DNA of 64,000 bases. Origin: Mobula hypostoma (lineage: Eukaryota). Position numbers and translations under genes: made by a program. The stretch lies in assembly GCF_963921235.1 (NCBI RefSeq), contig NC_086104.1, forward strand, positions 20,956,001 through 21,020,000. Direction: 5' to 3'. Positions within the stretch are counted from its first letter, which is position 1; the number at the start of each line of letters is the position of its first letter. This document shows, piece after piece, positions 14,550 through 29,340 of the stretch. The notes beneath the pieces are model-generated. The model did not search any database. It worked only from the letters and a program-made list of their open reading frames with translations, and was not told the origin of the DNA.

Positions 14550-15304
14550 CAGGGGTCCCCAACCTTTTTTGCACCGCGGACCGGTTTAATATTGACAATA
14601 TTCTTGCGGACTGGCTGACTGGGGGGGTGTGTTCAAGTAGGGTTAAACTCACCTTAACATGTCTTTTACAGTTAGGGTTGCCAACTTTCTCACTCCCAAA
14701 TAAGGGACAAAAGTAGCAGTCAAATCCTGGGACACTTTACCTCAGGAAAGACTACCATGACCATGAAGCCTTGCGCGGGCACCTGTGTGCGCATGCGTGA
14801 CGTGCACATGTGATCTGTGCATGCGCGTACGTGTTGATTTTTTCCCCACAAATTGGTTTTGCCTTCATCTTCCCAACTATACTGTACGTACATTATTTCT
14901 ACTTTATATGGGCTGTGTATTTATCATATCATTCCTGCTTTTACTATATGTTAGTGTTATTTATTTTTGGTGTTAGGTGTTATTTGGTATGATTTGTTAG
15001 GTTATTTTTTGGGTCTGGGAACGCTCAAAAATTTTTCCCATACAAATGAATGGTAATTGCTTCTTCGCTTCATGCCATTTCGGCACGAAAGGTTTCATAG
15101 GAAAGCTCTACCTTAGCAGGGGAAATCGGGACAAACTAATTTAACCCAATATAAGGGATGTCCCGGCAAATACGGGACAGTTGGCAACCCTGTGTTCAAG
15201 TTCAACAGTGTGTGACAGGGAATGAGGAAAGGTGCAGCTGACTCATATCGTTTCCTCACGGCCCGGTAGCACATGCTTTGCGGCCCGGTGGTTGGGGACT
15301 GCTG
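14550..15304. mobile_element. Composite hAT MITE
   Basis: TIRs CAGGGGTCCCCAACC / GGTTGGGGACTGCTG; TSD CTCTACTG/ATCTACTG; inner TIR pair AGGGTTGCCAAC / GTTGGCAACCCT. Confidence 0.85.
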
Positions 15305-16292
15305 ATCTACTGTATCTATAACACTGTGGGATAGGAATTACACTCAATTTTTAGTTTATTAATAGTTCTTGAAATTATCTGACTACATCTAAGTGTTTTA
15401 AAGAACACAAGAAAATGTAAGCAATTTAGTTTAATCCTGGCTGATTTATGCTGGCCTCAACTCCTCATCCATGCCATTTTCCATACCCCTCTATTTCTTG
15501 ACTGTCAAATAATTTCGATCTCCACTCTATAAATACTTAAAATGATCCAACTTTCATCTCCTCCCAGGACAGAAAATTCCAGAGATTTGGCACTTTCTGC
15601 AAGAAATTCCTCTACCTCAATTTTAAGTGATCAATATTTTATCTTGCATTTATGTTCCCTTATTAGCACCTCTCCCAATAAAGTAAAACATCCCAAAATA
15701 TGTCCAATCAGCCACCTTAGGATCATACGTTTAGATAAGGTTCCTCCTTATTCTGAGCGAATCCTAATAACTCTCAAAGTAGTATATTGTGACATATATG
15801 TACTTCGATAATATATTTACTTTGAACTTTTGAACTCCTCGTTTGCCTAAAATTCAAGGAGTAAACAGCCAAATCATTTAAAACTCTTCGTAGGATAATC
15901 CTCTCATCCTAGACATTCGCTTGGTGTGTTTCCTTTGCACTTCCTCCAATGTTACTATAATTTTTTTTTGTAGGGAACTAAAAATGTTTACAGTACTAGG
16001 TGCGACCTCACCAGCACCCTGTAGAATTGTAACAAATCCTACTTTTAAATTCTTACCCCATTACAATTCTGTTTGATTTCACAGCCACTTGTACAATTCG
16101 AGTAATTCCAAATGTTTCATATATTTTGTTCCATTTCAGACATCCAGCATTAACACAATTCTACTCTTAAAAACTTTATAGTAAACATCTTATCCAGTGA
16201 AGAGGTTCCCATTCGGTTACCATCTTAATTTCTGCTTGAAGTATTCACCTCTTAAAATATAATTATATTCAACATGCACAACTCAAAATTCA

Positions 16293-16490
<198 letters not shown>

Positions 16491-17044
16491 TCAAAATAGA
16501 TGGAATTCTTTTAAAATGTCACAGCATTTTGAAGTCCAGTTTCATATAAACTTCCTACAAGTTACTATTGACTACAGACATTTACTACAGACATTTTCTC
16601 CAGATCAGAAATTGATTGATAAACACCATCCAGCTCTACAGAAAAATCTTATCACTATTTTCACGAGATTATTTCCACAATCACTAATCTTAACTCCCTT
16701 ATTGATCTGCAGTAAGGTATACATACTCAAAACATAATAGTAGAAGATATGATGATAGCTCTGCTAATGATTCAGTACATAATTCCTTTCAAAGTTGTGG
16801 AACTTAAATTGTATTTCAGAATTCCAGATTATGTGAAAAGGATGACATTTTATATCAACCAAATTGACTAATTCTGTAGCCTTTAGCATCATATCAACTA
16901 CTTGCAGTTTATTCTGTAGTCCTAGGCTGTAAATATTCATGAATTTTCCAGAAATAACTTCCACAGTTCTACAAACGTATTCACTCCATTTCACATTCCT
17001 TCTCTCATCTTAACGAATAACAAATTTCACATTCTTTCTTTGGA

Positions 17045-18030
17045 ACATAGAAATCTACAGCACATTACAGGCCCTTCAGCCCACAACGTTGTGCCGTCGA
17101 TGTAGCCTACTGTAGAAACTGCCTAGAATTTCCCTAACACATAGCCCTCTATTTTTCTAAGCTCCATGTCTCTTAAAGGACCCTATTATATCTGCCTCTA
17201 ACACCGTTGCTGGTAGTATATTCCCTGCACCCACCGCTCTGTGTGAAAACCTTACCTCTAACATCTGCTTTGTACCTACCTCCAAGCACCTTAAAACTAT
17301 GCCCCCTTGTGTTAGCTACTTCAGCCCTGAGAAAAAGCCTCTGGCTACCCACATGATCAATACCTCTCATCATCTTATACACCTCTATTAGGTCACCTCC
17401 CATCCTCCGTTGTTCCAAGGAGAAAAGGCCAAGTTCACTCAACCTATTCTCATAAGGCATGCTCTCCAATCCAGGCAACATCCTTGTAAATCTCCTCTGT
17501 ACTCTCTCTATAGTATCCACATCCTTCCTGTAGTGAGGTGACCAGAACTGAACACAGTACTCCAAGTGGGGTCTTAGTTCTTTATATAGCTTTAACATTA
17601 CCTCACTGCTCTTGAACTCAATCCCATGATTGATGAAGGCCTTACGCCTTCTTAACAACACTGTCAACTTATGCAGCAGTTTTGAATGTCCTATGGACAC
17701 GGACCCCAAGATCTCTCTGATCTTCCACACTGCCAAGAGTCTTACTATTAATATTATATTCTGCCTTCAAGTTTGAACTACTGAAATGAACCATTTCACA
17801 CTTCCCTGGGTTGAACTCCATCTGCCACTTCTCAGCCCAGTTCTATCGCTGTCTCACTGTAACCACAGTCAAACCTGCAGACTATCCACAACACCCCCAA
17901 CTTTTGTGTCATCAGCAAACTCACTAATCCACCCTTCTACTTCCTCATCCAGGTCATTTATAAAAATCACAAAGAAGAGGGGTCCCAAAACAGATCTCTG
18001 TGGAACACCACCGGTCACCATCCTCCATGA
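17045..18030 (-). mobile_element. CR1 LINE 3' fragment
   Basis: RPHLEYCVQFWSPHYRKD...LERVQRRFTRML-like remnants. Confidence 0.88.
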
Positions 18031-21000
18031 AGAATACGAATGTATTTACACTATTCCTCAATGCATTTTCAATGTGGCACAGAAAAAAAAATCTACAGTT
18101 TGCATTTAAAGTAAAACATTATAGAAAATAATAATTTTGTTCATTAATCTTTACATTACAGTATAATTTTTAACTTAATTTTCATAGACCAGAGAGAATC
18201 TGCGAATCCCTATCCTGCTCAAGCATACCTGACATGCCTAACAAGGTTTACCAGTTACTAGTAATACTAGCTGCATTTAAACAATATTTTCATTCATTTA
18301 AAACGTCCTGAAGCACCCAATAGATGTTTCACCTAGCATTGGATATTGATTTACTTTATTAAATGGAAGAGCTGCCTGACATTTATTAGCAAGAGGTAAG
18401 CTTTGAGGGGCATCTTAAGTGGATTAAAGATTAGCTTTAATTAAAATATACAGTGAAATACATTGTTCATGTCAATGACCAACAGTCTGAGGACGTGCTT
18501 GGGGTAGCCGGCAAGTGTCGCTATGCTTCTGGCACCAACATAACATGCCCACAACCTACTAACCCGTGTGTCTTTGGAATGTGGGAGGAAACTGAAGCAC
18601 CTTGATGAACACCATGCAGTCACAAGAACATGCAAACTCCTTACAGACAGTGGCAGAAATTGAACCCCAATTCGGCACTAGCCGCTACACTACCCTGTCA
18701 ACCCAAGTTACCTCGCCATTGCTGGATTCTTGTTGTTTTTCATTTTAATTTTAATCCCTGTGGTAAATGGAGAATTAAAGACAAATTTATTGTGAAGAAA
18801 TTCCAGACCATAGCATTCAAGTGACTGGATGTTGCGGTGGCGGGAGGGGGGAGCGAGTTCTGAAGAGGGGAAGCAGGGAATGAATAGGTAACGGGTTGAT
18901 GTCATCATCTATATGCACTCTCACAGGACATCTTAAAAAACATAGACCAAAATTAAATCCACTACTCTACAAATATGGTGAGAAATAGCTGATTTACAAA
19001 ATTTACTGGTTACAACTCAATTATCATCTATTCAGTTAGCTAGCAGAGAGGTGGCAGGGTAGGACACATGAAGCTTTCAGAGGAGATAGTGTACCTTGGT
19101 TTTGATTCAGTGCTATGATAGCACAGTTGACAATCTAATCTTTTAAAAGCTATAAACTATTTGTCAAATCCATATCAACAAGCAATGTCATACCATTCAG
19201 AGTCAGAAATAGTGTTATTTCTTGTGAAACATCGTAAAATTTGTTGTTTTGTGGCAGTGTAGAACAAGACAAAAAAAACCATAAGATACAATATATAATT
19301 AAACAGTGCAAACAAGGAATAGTGAGGTCATAAATTGCTTAGAAATCTCATGGCAGAGGGGAAAAGGCTGTTCCTAAAACGTTGAGTGTGGGTCTTCAGG
19401 CTCCTTTACCTCCTCCCTGATAGTAATGAGAAGAGGGCATGTTCCAGGTATTGAGAATCCTTAATGATGGATGAGTATTTCAAATAATTCAATAGATCAT
19501 GGTTGCTCCAAATGTAGCTTCAGTTCCACATCTCCACCTGCCCCAAATAACTTTTCATTCTCTTGCTTTTCAAGAATTTATCTACCCCTGCCTTAAGGAT
19601 CCAAAAAACCTACTCGGTGAACCTACTCATTAAAAACGGAACTCCAACAACTTGTGATCGATTGAGAAATAATTTCAGCCCATCTTTAATCAGCAAGATG
19701 TTATTTTTTTTTAAAACAGTGATCCTTGGTTACAGTTTCTCCTAAATTAACAATATTCTTTACACATCCAAGACTCCTTGTCAAAATTCCTCACAGGATC
19801 CTGTTTCACAATATCTCCTTTCTCCCTTACTCTTTCTCATAAGGCAACCAAGTGCTGCAGTAAGCTTTCTGTGGACTGCTTCCAATGGATTACCATCCTT
19901 CCTCAGGAAAGGAAATCAAAATCGTACACACAACTTGACACCAGTACCCAATGTATCTGAAGCAAAACTCCCATATGTATTTTTCTATTTAATACCAATA
20001 AGAAACAAAATTTTGTCAGCTTTCCTAATTAGTTGTTGTACAAGCAAACTTGCCTTTCAATAAATACTATAGTTGGACATCCACAACCTTGAAATCTCTT
20101 AAATAATACCTTGTTTTTAAACTTCCCTACCAACAAAAACCAAGCACATTTTGCTTGTTATACATTTGATAGATCTTTGACCAGTATACTTTATCCCTTA
20201 TTTTTCTTCCTTGTAGCCACCTTATGTTCTCTTAAAAATTTTCCAACCTATCTTTGTGTTTTAGCAAATATAGCAAGCTATTTATTTGCACACGAGTTGA
20301 AAGCCTAATCTGGCAAGGTCTTTCATTGATTCTATTATGGTTATTATTCCAATATGGCCTTACTGAATAAACCCACAAACCAATGTGAATCTCAGGGTTG
20401 TATAGGGACATAGGGGCATAAATGTAGTTGATAATAAATTTACTTTGAACTTTGATTCAGTATTCATTATGTCTTGCAACTTAAATTTTGGACAGTCAAA
20501 CCAGGGTCTATGAATGATAACAGACAGACCAGCATTGTGGAACAGAAGGACCTGAGAGTGCAGTTTGCGGAAATTGGCCATACAAGTAGGCAGAGTGGTG
20601 AACGCAGCATGGCCACTAAGCTGTCAATTCCATTATCCAGATCATACATAACATGAAAAGTAGCGGTGCAAAACCGATACTTGCAGAACACCACTGGTTA
20701 GCAGCAGCCAACCAGAAGAGGTCCTCTTTGCCAGCAAAATCTTCTATCCATGATAGTACTTCTCCTGCAATCCCACTGGCTCCTATCTTGTTTAGCAGCA
20801 TCATGTGCAGCACCTTGTCAAAGGTCTTCTGAAATCCATGTAAACAGCATCCTCTGACTCTCCTTTGTCTGTTCTGCTGGTTTCCTCCTCAAAGAATTCC
20901 AACAGATTGGTCATGCCTTGTTTAAACAGATTTACAGAACATAGAGAACAGAGAACATACAATAGCACAGCACAGTACAGGTCCTTCGGCCCACAACGTT

Positions 21001-24000
21001 GTGTCGACCCTTAAACCCTGCCTCCCATATAACCCCCCGCCTGAAATTCCTCTATATACCTGTCTAGTAGTCTCTTAAATTTCACCAGTGTATCTGCCTC
21101 CATCACTGACTCAGGCAGTGCATTCCACGCACCAACCACTCTCTGAGTAAAAAACATTCCTCCAATATCGCCCTTGAACTTCCCACCCTTTACCTTAAAG
21201 CCACGTCCTCTTGTATTGAGCAGTGGTGCCCTGGGGAAGAGGCGCTGGCTATCCACTCTATCTATTCCTCTTATTATCTTGCATACCTCTATCATGTCTC
21301 CTCTCATCCTTCTTGTCTCCAAAGAGTAAAGCCCTAGGTCCCTTAATCTCTGATCATAATGCATACTCTCTAAACCAGGCAGCATCCTGGTAAATCTCCT
21401 CTGTACCCTTATCAATGCTTCCACATCCTTCCTTTAGTGAGACGACCAGAACTGGACACAGTACTCCAGGTGTGGCCTAACCAGAGTTCTATAGAACTGC
21501 ATCATTACCTCGCGACTCTTAAACTCTATCCCTCGACTTATGAAAGCTAACACCCCATAAGCCTTAACTACCCTATCCACCTGTGAGGCAACTTTCAGGG
21601 ATCTGTGGACATGTACCCCCAGATCCCTCTGCGCCTTCACACTACCAAGTATCCTGCCATTTACTTTGTACTCTGCCTTGGGAGTTTGTCCTTCCAAAGT
21701 GTACCACCTGACACTTCTCCGGGTTGAACTCCATCTGCTACTTCTCTGCCCACTTCTGCGTCCTATCAATGTCTCTCTGCAATCTTCGACAATCCTCTAC
21801 ACTATCTACAACACCACCAACCTTTGTGTGGTCTGCAAACTTGCCAACCTACCCTTCTACCCCCACATCCAGGTCATTAATAAAAATCACGAAAAGTAGA
21901 GGTCCCAGAACAGATCCTTGTGGGACCCCACTAGTCACAACCCTCCAATCCGAATGTACTCCCTCCACCACGACCTTCTGCCTTCTGCAAGCAAGCCAAT
22001 CCTGAATCCACCTGGCCAAACTTCCCTGGATCCCATGCCTTCTGACTTTCTGAATAAGCCAACCGTGTGAAACTTTGTCAAATGCCTTACTAAAATCCAT
22101 GTAGATCACATCCACTGCACTACCTGGTCACCTCCTCAAAGAACTCTATCAGGCTTGTTAGACACGATCTGCCCTTCACAAAGCCATGCTGACTGTCCCT
22201 GATCAGACCATGATTCTCTAAATGCCTATAGATCCTATCTCTAACAATCTTTTCCAACAGCTTTCCCACCACAGACGTAAGGCTCACTGGTCTATGATTA
22301 CCCAGACTAACCCCACTACCTTTTTTGAACAAGGGGACATCATTTGCCTCCCTCCAATCCTCCAGTACCATTCCCATGGATAACAAGGACATAAAGATCC
22401 TAGCCAGAGGCTCAGCAATCTCTTCTCTCACCTCATGGCGCAGCCTGAGGAATATACCGTCAGGCCCCGGGGACTTATCCATCCTAATGGACTTTAACAA
22501 CTCCAACACCTCCTCTCCCTTAATATCAACATGCTCCAGAACATCAACCTCACTCATACTGTCCTCACCATCAAGTTCCCTCTCATTGGTGAATACCGAA
22601 AAGAAGTATTCATTGAGGACTTTGTTCACTTCCATAGGCTCCAGGCACACCTTCCCACCTTTAATCTCTAATCAGTCCTACCTTCACTCCTATCATCCTT
22701 TTGTTCTTCACATAACTGAAGAATGCCTTGGGGTTTTCTTTTACCCTACTCACCAAGGCCTTCTCATGCCCCCTTCTTGCTCTCCCCAGTCCCTTCTTAA
22801 GCTCCTTTCTTGCTACCCTATATTCCTCAATAGACCCATCTGATCTTTGCTTCCTAAACCTCACGTATGCTGCCTTCTTCCACCTGACTAGATTTTCCAC
22901 CTCACTTGTCACCCTTGGCTCCTTCACCCTACCATTCTTTATCTTCCTCACCAGGACAAATTTATCCCTAACATCCTGCAAGAGATCCCTAAACATCAAC
23001 CACATGTCCATAGTACATTTCCCTGCAAAAACATCATCCCAATTCACACCTGCAAGTTCTAACCTTATACCCCTCATAATTTGCCCTTCCCCAATTAAAA
23101 ATTTTCCTGTCCTCTCTGCTTCTATCCTTTTCCATGACAATGCTAAAGGCCAGAGAGCGGTGGTCACTGTCCCCCAGATGCTCACCCACTGAGAGATCTG
23201 TGACCTGACCCAGTTCATTACCTAATACTGGATCTAGTATGGCATTGCCCCAGTTGGTCTGTCAACATACTGTGACAGAAATCTGTCCTGGACACACTCA
23301 ACAAACTCTGCCCCATCTAAACCATTGGAACTAATCAGGTGCCAATCACTATTAGGGAAGTTGAAGTCACCCATGATAACAACCCTGTTATTTTAGCATT
23401 TTTCCAAAATCTGCCTCCCAATCTGTTCCTCTATCTCTGCTGCTATCAGGGGGCCTGCAGAATATTCCCAATAGAGTAACTGCTCCCTTCCTGTTCCTGA
23501 TTTCCACCCATACTGACTCAGAAGGATCCTGCTACATTCCCCACCCTTTCTGTAGCTGTAATAGTATCCCTGACCAGTAATGCCACCCCTCCTCCCCTTT
23601 CCCCCCCTCTCTATCCCTTTTACAGCACTGAAATCCAGGAATATTGAGAATCCATTCCTACCCTGGTGCCAGCCAAGTCTCTGTAATGGCCACTACATCA
23701 TAATTGCATGTATGTATCCAAGCACTCAGTTCATCACCTTAGTTCCTGATGCTTCTTGCATTGAAGTACACGCACTTTAGCCCTTCTACCTTACTACTTT
23801 TACACCCTTTATTCTGCTTCTCTTTCCTCAAAGCCTCTTTATGTGTTAAATCTGGCTTTACTCCATGTACTATACTTGCAGTTCTTGCATGACCTTTATT
23901 CTCCTCCACCTTACTATCTGCTCTAACACTCTGGTTCCCCTCCCCCTGCAAATCTAGTTTAAACTCCCCGGAGCAGCACTAGCAAACCTTCCCGGAAGGA

Positions 24001-24470
24001 TGTTAGCTCCCCTCCAGTTCAGGTGCAACCGGTCTCAATGGAACAGGTTCCACCTTCCCTGGAACAAGACCCAATTGTCCAGAGACATGAAGCCCTCCCT
24101 CCTGCACCAACTCTTTAGCCACGTATTTAGCTGCATTATCTTCCTACTTCTAGCCTCACTAGCATGTGGCATGGGTAGCAATCCTGAGATTGCAACTCTG
24201 GAGGTCCTGTCCTTCAACTTTGCACCTAACTCCCTAAACTCTCTTGGCAGGACCTCCTCCTTCCTATCCACGTCATTGGTCCCTACATGGATCACAACAT
24301 CTGGCTGCTCACACTCCCTCTTGAGAATACTGAGAATTCGATCCGAGATATCGCAGACCTTGTCACCAGGGAGGCAACAGACCATCCAGGATTCTCCATC
24401 TCTCTCACAGAACCTCTTATCTATCCCCTTAACTATCGAATCCCCTATCACTACTGCTCTCCTCTTTTCA

Positions 24471-25683
24471 CATATATACACTATAGACTATACTTCTTCC
24501 CACCCCGCCACATGCAAAAACGCCATTCCCTATTCCCAGTTCCTCCATCTCCACCACATCTGCTCCCAGGATGAGGCTTTCTGTTCCAGGACATCTCAAA
24601 TGTCCTCTTTCTTTAAGGATCGTGGTTTCCCTTCTACCGTCATCAATGACACCCTCACCCGCATCTCCTCCATTTCCCACACTTCGGCCCTCACCCCATC
24701 CTCCCGCCACCACAACAGGGAAGAGTTCCCCTTGTCCTCACCTACCACCCCACCAGCCTCCGGATCCAGCACATTATCCTCCGCAACTTCCGCCACCTTC
24801 AACAGGACCCCACCACTAAGCACATCTTTCCCTCTCCACCCCTCTCCGCTTTCCGGAGGGATTGGTCTCTCCGCCACTCCCTTATCCACACGTCCCTCCC
24901 TACCGATCTCCCACCCGGCACTTATCCCTGTAAGCGCAAGTGCTACACCTGTCCCTACACCTCCTCTCTTGCCACCATTCAGGGCCCCAAACAGTCCTTC
25001 CAGGTGAGGCAACACTTCACTTGTGAGTCTGTTGGGGTCATCTTTTGCATTCGGTGCTCTCGGTGCGGCCTCCTCTACATCGGTGAAACCCGACGCAGAT
25101 TGGGGGACTGCTTCGTCGAGCACCTCACTCCGTCCACCACAATAGACAGGATCTCCCGGTAGCCACCCACTTCAACTCTGCTTCCCATTCAGATATGTCC
25201 ATACATGGCCTCCTCTACCTCCATGATGAGGCTACACTCAGGTTGGAGGAGCAACACCTCATATACCGTCTAGGTAGTCTTCAGTCCCTTGGTATGAACA
25301 TAGAATTCTCCAACTTCCGGTAATTCCCTCCCTCTCCCTTCCTCTATCCCTATTTCACTCTGCCCCCTCCCCCAGCTGCCTATCACCTCCCTCATAGTTC
25401 CCCCTCTTTCTACTACCCATTGTGTTTTCCCCTATTCCTTCTTCACCTTTCCTGCCTAACACCTCCCGGTTTCCCCTCCACCACCCCACTGTCTTTCAAA
25501 TTACTGGTTTTTCAACTGGACCTACCAGCCTTCTCCTTCCCACCCTCCCCCACCTTCTTTATAGGGCCTCTGCCCCTTCCCTCTTCAGTCCTGACGAAGG
25601 GTTCCGGCCCGAAACATCGACTCATCGTTTCCACGGATGCTGCCCGATCTGCTGAGTTCCTCCAGCGTGTTGTGAGTGTTGCT
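24471..25683 (+). mobile_element. Penelope-like element 3' fragment inserted in CR1 ORF1
   Basis: SSHPATCKNAIPYSQF RT tail; GIY-YIG VIFCIRCSRCGLLYIGETRRRLG; terminal repeat with hammerhead motif. Confidence 0.9.
25587..25622 (+). ncRNA. Minimal type-I hammerhead ribozyme motif (Penelope terminal repeat)
   Basis: AGTC-CTGACGA-A-GGG ttccgg CCC-GAAAC-ATC-GACT. Confidence 0.65.
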
Positions 25684-28600
25684 TTCTCCCTGTCTCCTGA
25701 CTTTTAGAGACAATTATCTCCCTGAAACTCCTGTCTATTTCTGCCTCTGCCTCACAAATGATCCAAAGTTCATCCAGCTCCAGCTCCCTAACTCAGTTTG
25801 TCAGGAGCTGCAGCTGGATGTATCTTTCACAGGTGTAGTCATCAGGGAAAATTGTGCTCGCCCTGACTTCCCACATATGGCAAATGGAGCACTCGACTGC
25901 CCTAACTGCTGCCTCCATTACCTACTTCTAAGTTAATTAGATTAATTAAAGGATCTTACATGGCCTTACCTCACTAGCAGCAAGCTCGTCCTCAGCCTCT
26001 GCTCGCTGAAGCCTCTCGAGCCAAAGCCTTCCTACTCTGTCTCCCACTACACCGTCGCTCGTTCCATTAATCTGCTCGCTTTTTTAACTCACCCGCTGTT
26101 CTCACAGGCTGACCTTCACGCGCTTGTGCAGTCGTGCCCTGTTCAAACTGCCAAAGAAATGACCTGAAACTTTGTTTAAATTTAAGGAAATCATGCTGAT
26201 TTTGGCCTATTAGATCTTCCAAATATGCTTCCAAGTATCCTGAAACTTCATCCTAATAATGGACTGACAAATCTTACCAATCACTGAAGTCAGATTAACT
26301 GGCCTATAATCTTTTGCCTCCCTATCTTCTAAAAGAGTCGACTGACATTAACAATTTTCCAGTCCTTCTGAACCATTTCTGACTCTGGTGCCTCCACAAT
26401 CTTTTCAGATACCTCTTTCAAAACACAAGGGTATAGTCTCCCTTGAGACCTTTGCTTCCCAAACACTTTCTCCTTATTAGTAGTGACTACACTCACTTCT
26501 GCTCCAAACCTCCTGATTTTCTGGCTGGTCTTCTACAATAAAGATTGATGCAAAATACTAGTTCAGTTCGTCTGCCACTCTTTGTTTCCCCACTACTATT
26601 TTTCCAACAGTCCAACATACACTCTTGCTTCTCTTACTCCGTAATACTGATACACCTGATTTTAGCTTCCTCGGCATTCCTTTACACCTTAAGCTCCCTA
26701 ATCAAATATGATTATTGTATAACATCAAATCCAGAATTGCCTTTTCCTTAGTGGGCTCGATCACAAGCTGCTCTAAAAAGGCATCCCATAGGCATTCTGC
26801 AAATAAATACCTCCCTTAGGATCTAGTGCCAATCTAATTTCCCTAGTCTTCTTAGATACTGAAGTCCCCATGATCACCACAACATTGCCTTTCCTGTTAT
26901 AATTTGTACCTTACATTCAGGGGGAGTTTTCACCCTTGCAGTTTCTTAACCTACCTAAAAGAAATCTATAATCTTCCAATCCTGTGCTACTTCTTGCTAA
27001 GGATTTGATTTCTTTTTTTTAAACCAACAGACCCACCACACCCTCACTGTCCACCTGGCTGTCATTTTGATCGGATGTGTAGACTTGGATGTTTAATTCC
27101 CAGATGTGATCTTTCAGCAATGACTGAAGCCCACAATGTCATATTGCCAATTTCAAAATATGCTATAAAAGCTCATCTACTCTGTTTGTACACCATGTGC
27201 ATTCAAATTTCACAATTTCAGTCCCATATTCACCTGTTCTCTTATCTTTGCACAACTACAAAATTCAGGAAGTTTAACTTATGACACAATTATGGTTTGC
27301 TTGTTTATTCAGATATTCTATCTAATTTAATTTGCAAAATAGAGGCTTGCAAGTAAAGCTGGTGTATTAGCAACATTAGCGAATATTAGTCCTGCCAAAA
27401 AGAACCTGGTGAGGCAACCCGGATCCAAAATACTTTATTCTTCACCTACTTGTCTGCTCATCATGATTCTCAAATTTGTGCTTCTGCATTTCAGATATTA
27501 TCATTGCAAATCGTCTCTGGTCATTCACTGAAGCTTTTCCAAGTGGTGACCGCAACAGTATGCAAGACTCTAGTGTGGTCCAAACAAAGTTAGACTCAAG
27601 TTGATCATAAATTTCCCTGATGTATTACAACTGTTTTTTTCAAGTGACAACATAATTTAAAGTGAAAATTGAAGAGCTATTGCCCCCACTGTATGTGGTA
27701 AGAGTTGCATCCGTCTTACTTCAGATAACGTTGTTTAGTAATAGCTAATTTTCATCTTGTGTTAATCTTTCCATCTGATCAGGATTATAGTATAGTATTT
27801 GAAATACATTAATGACACTTACACAACAGTATAAGTAGTTATTTTATTTTGGTATTGGGAGACTTCCCCATCAGTTCCAATTAATATGAACTTACTTCGG
27901 GAATGCCCAAATTCATCTGGGAACTGATCAAAACAACTTTGCATGTGGCTATTATTTCATTCAGTTTTTGCTACTTGCTTATCTAAGAAGCCATTAAAGA
28001 AAATGTAATTTTAAATTATAAAACACAATGAATTGAATTAATTTTCACTTCTTCACAATTCATAACAATTCGTTTCCTTTAACCATGACCACTCTTGCCT
28101 CCTACCCTCCCTCATCAGCATAATCAATCCCCATGAAATCAGATTGCACACATTTCACAGTGACCTCTTTGATCATGGGTTAAATCTAACAATAGCCCAC
28201 AAAAAAAAATGTTATAGCTCAAGTACTAAAGCTCGTGAACACTGGCAGCCTACAACGATGGATGAGGCAGATCTAGTGTTTCTGAGAATCTACTCAGGAA
28301 AACAGCACACTTGAAGGAAGGTGTAATAATTTTAGATCTCAATCTCGTTATCCTCTACACCCAAATTAAATGACTATCCCAAGAGGAACACTGGAAGAAT
28401 AAGCTATTTAGAAGTAACAAGGAAATAGCACGAAGATTAGAGCACAAGCAAAACCTAGTTCTGCATTTTGTAGGAATTATTGCACATAGATATGTCAGAC
28501 ATTCATCTTTAATAATATTGTGTGAGCTCATATGTAGGGATATCCAAAAGTAAGGCATTGTTTGTATCACTAGAAACAAAATTGCTACACTGCTGCTCAA

Positions 28601-28972
28601 TGTTATCATAGTGCCAAAAGTATCTACAATTGTTTCTCCCTCTGTTACAATATCAGTAAAGTTTGTCATAAAGTGATGCCACCATGTGGAGGTATTATTA
28701 TGGAATGGAAACTGATTTCAAAGTTCAAAGCAAATTTTATTATCAATGTACGTAAGTATACATCAGTAAATACACAGCAGCACACAAAATGCATAGTGTA
28801 ACACAAACCAGGATTGCATCACCTCGGTTAAAGTGGAGACAGCCATCTTAACTATTTGAATTGAGCATGTCAGTGTTTTAAGCATTTAGAGTTTCATCAT
28901 AATATGCTGTGTTGTATGATGAGGGAGATCATGATCTTTGGTAATGATTGTTCTTAACAAATTTTTCTGCAG

Positions 28973-29340
28973 AAGTTGTTTGCCGACAGTCTGCCGCCGG
29001 GACGCGGAGCGTGTTGTGTCGGGTCGGCGCCGCGGTGCCAAGCGGAGAACGGTGGCAGAATAGCGAGCGATCGGCGGCTTTCCCCACGATTGTGTCCGTC
29101 ACGCCCTCAACAGTGGATGTATTTCGAATATCTTCGGTGCGACATTGGGTACAGGCGATGGTCAATCCCAACTCTGCCTCTGCGAAGTGATCGGGCTTCT
29201 GTGAAATCGGTTCGTGTCTGGCTGGGCAAGTGATGCCTATTCATTCCTGCCCACTGGCTGTTGGAGGGGAGCGGTAAATTGTGGGGAGACTGTTTTCTTC
29301 GGCGAAGTGGTATCAGTGTTAGTAAGGCCCCAGTGTTACC
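28973..29340 (+). promoter_or_regulatory. CpG-rich 5' leader of the PAQR gene behind a candidate splice acceptor
   Basis: ttcttaac...tttttctgcag| ends at 28972, followed by a sharp switch to CpG-dense sequence. Confidence 0.5.

Larger units (their letters stand above)
20927..26171 (-). mobile_element. Near full-length decayed CR1 LINE (5' UTR, ORF1 with SGNH esterase, ORF2 EN+RT), inserted into an older CR1
   Basis: ORF1 AVECSICHMWE zinc finger at ~25900 and VIGDSIV...HVGTND esterase at 24035-24470; ORF2 start CVYFNARSIRN; RT fragments 21011-23218; possible TSD TTGTTTAAA. Confidence 0.9.

Noticed and set aside
24000-25007. 335-aa plus-strand ORF
   Set aside because: Chimera of antisense CR1 ORF1 and frameshifted Penelope sequence; not a gene.
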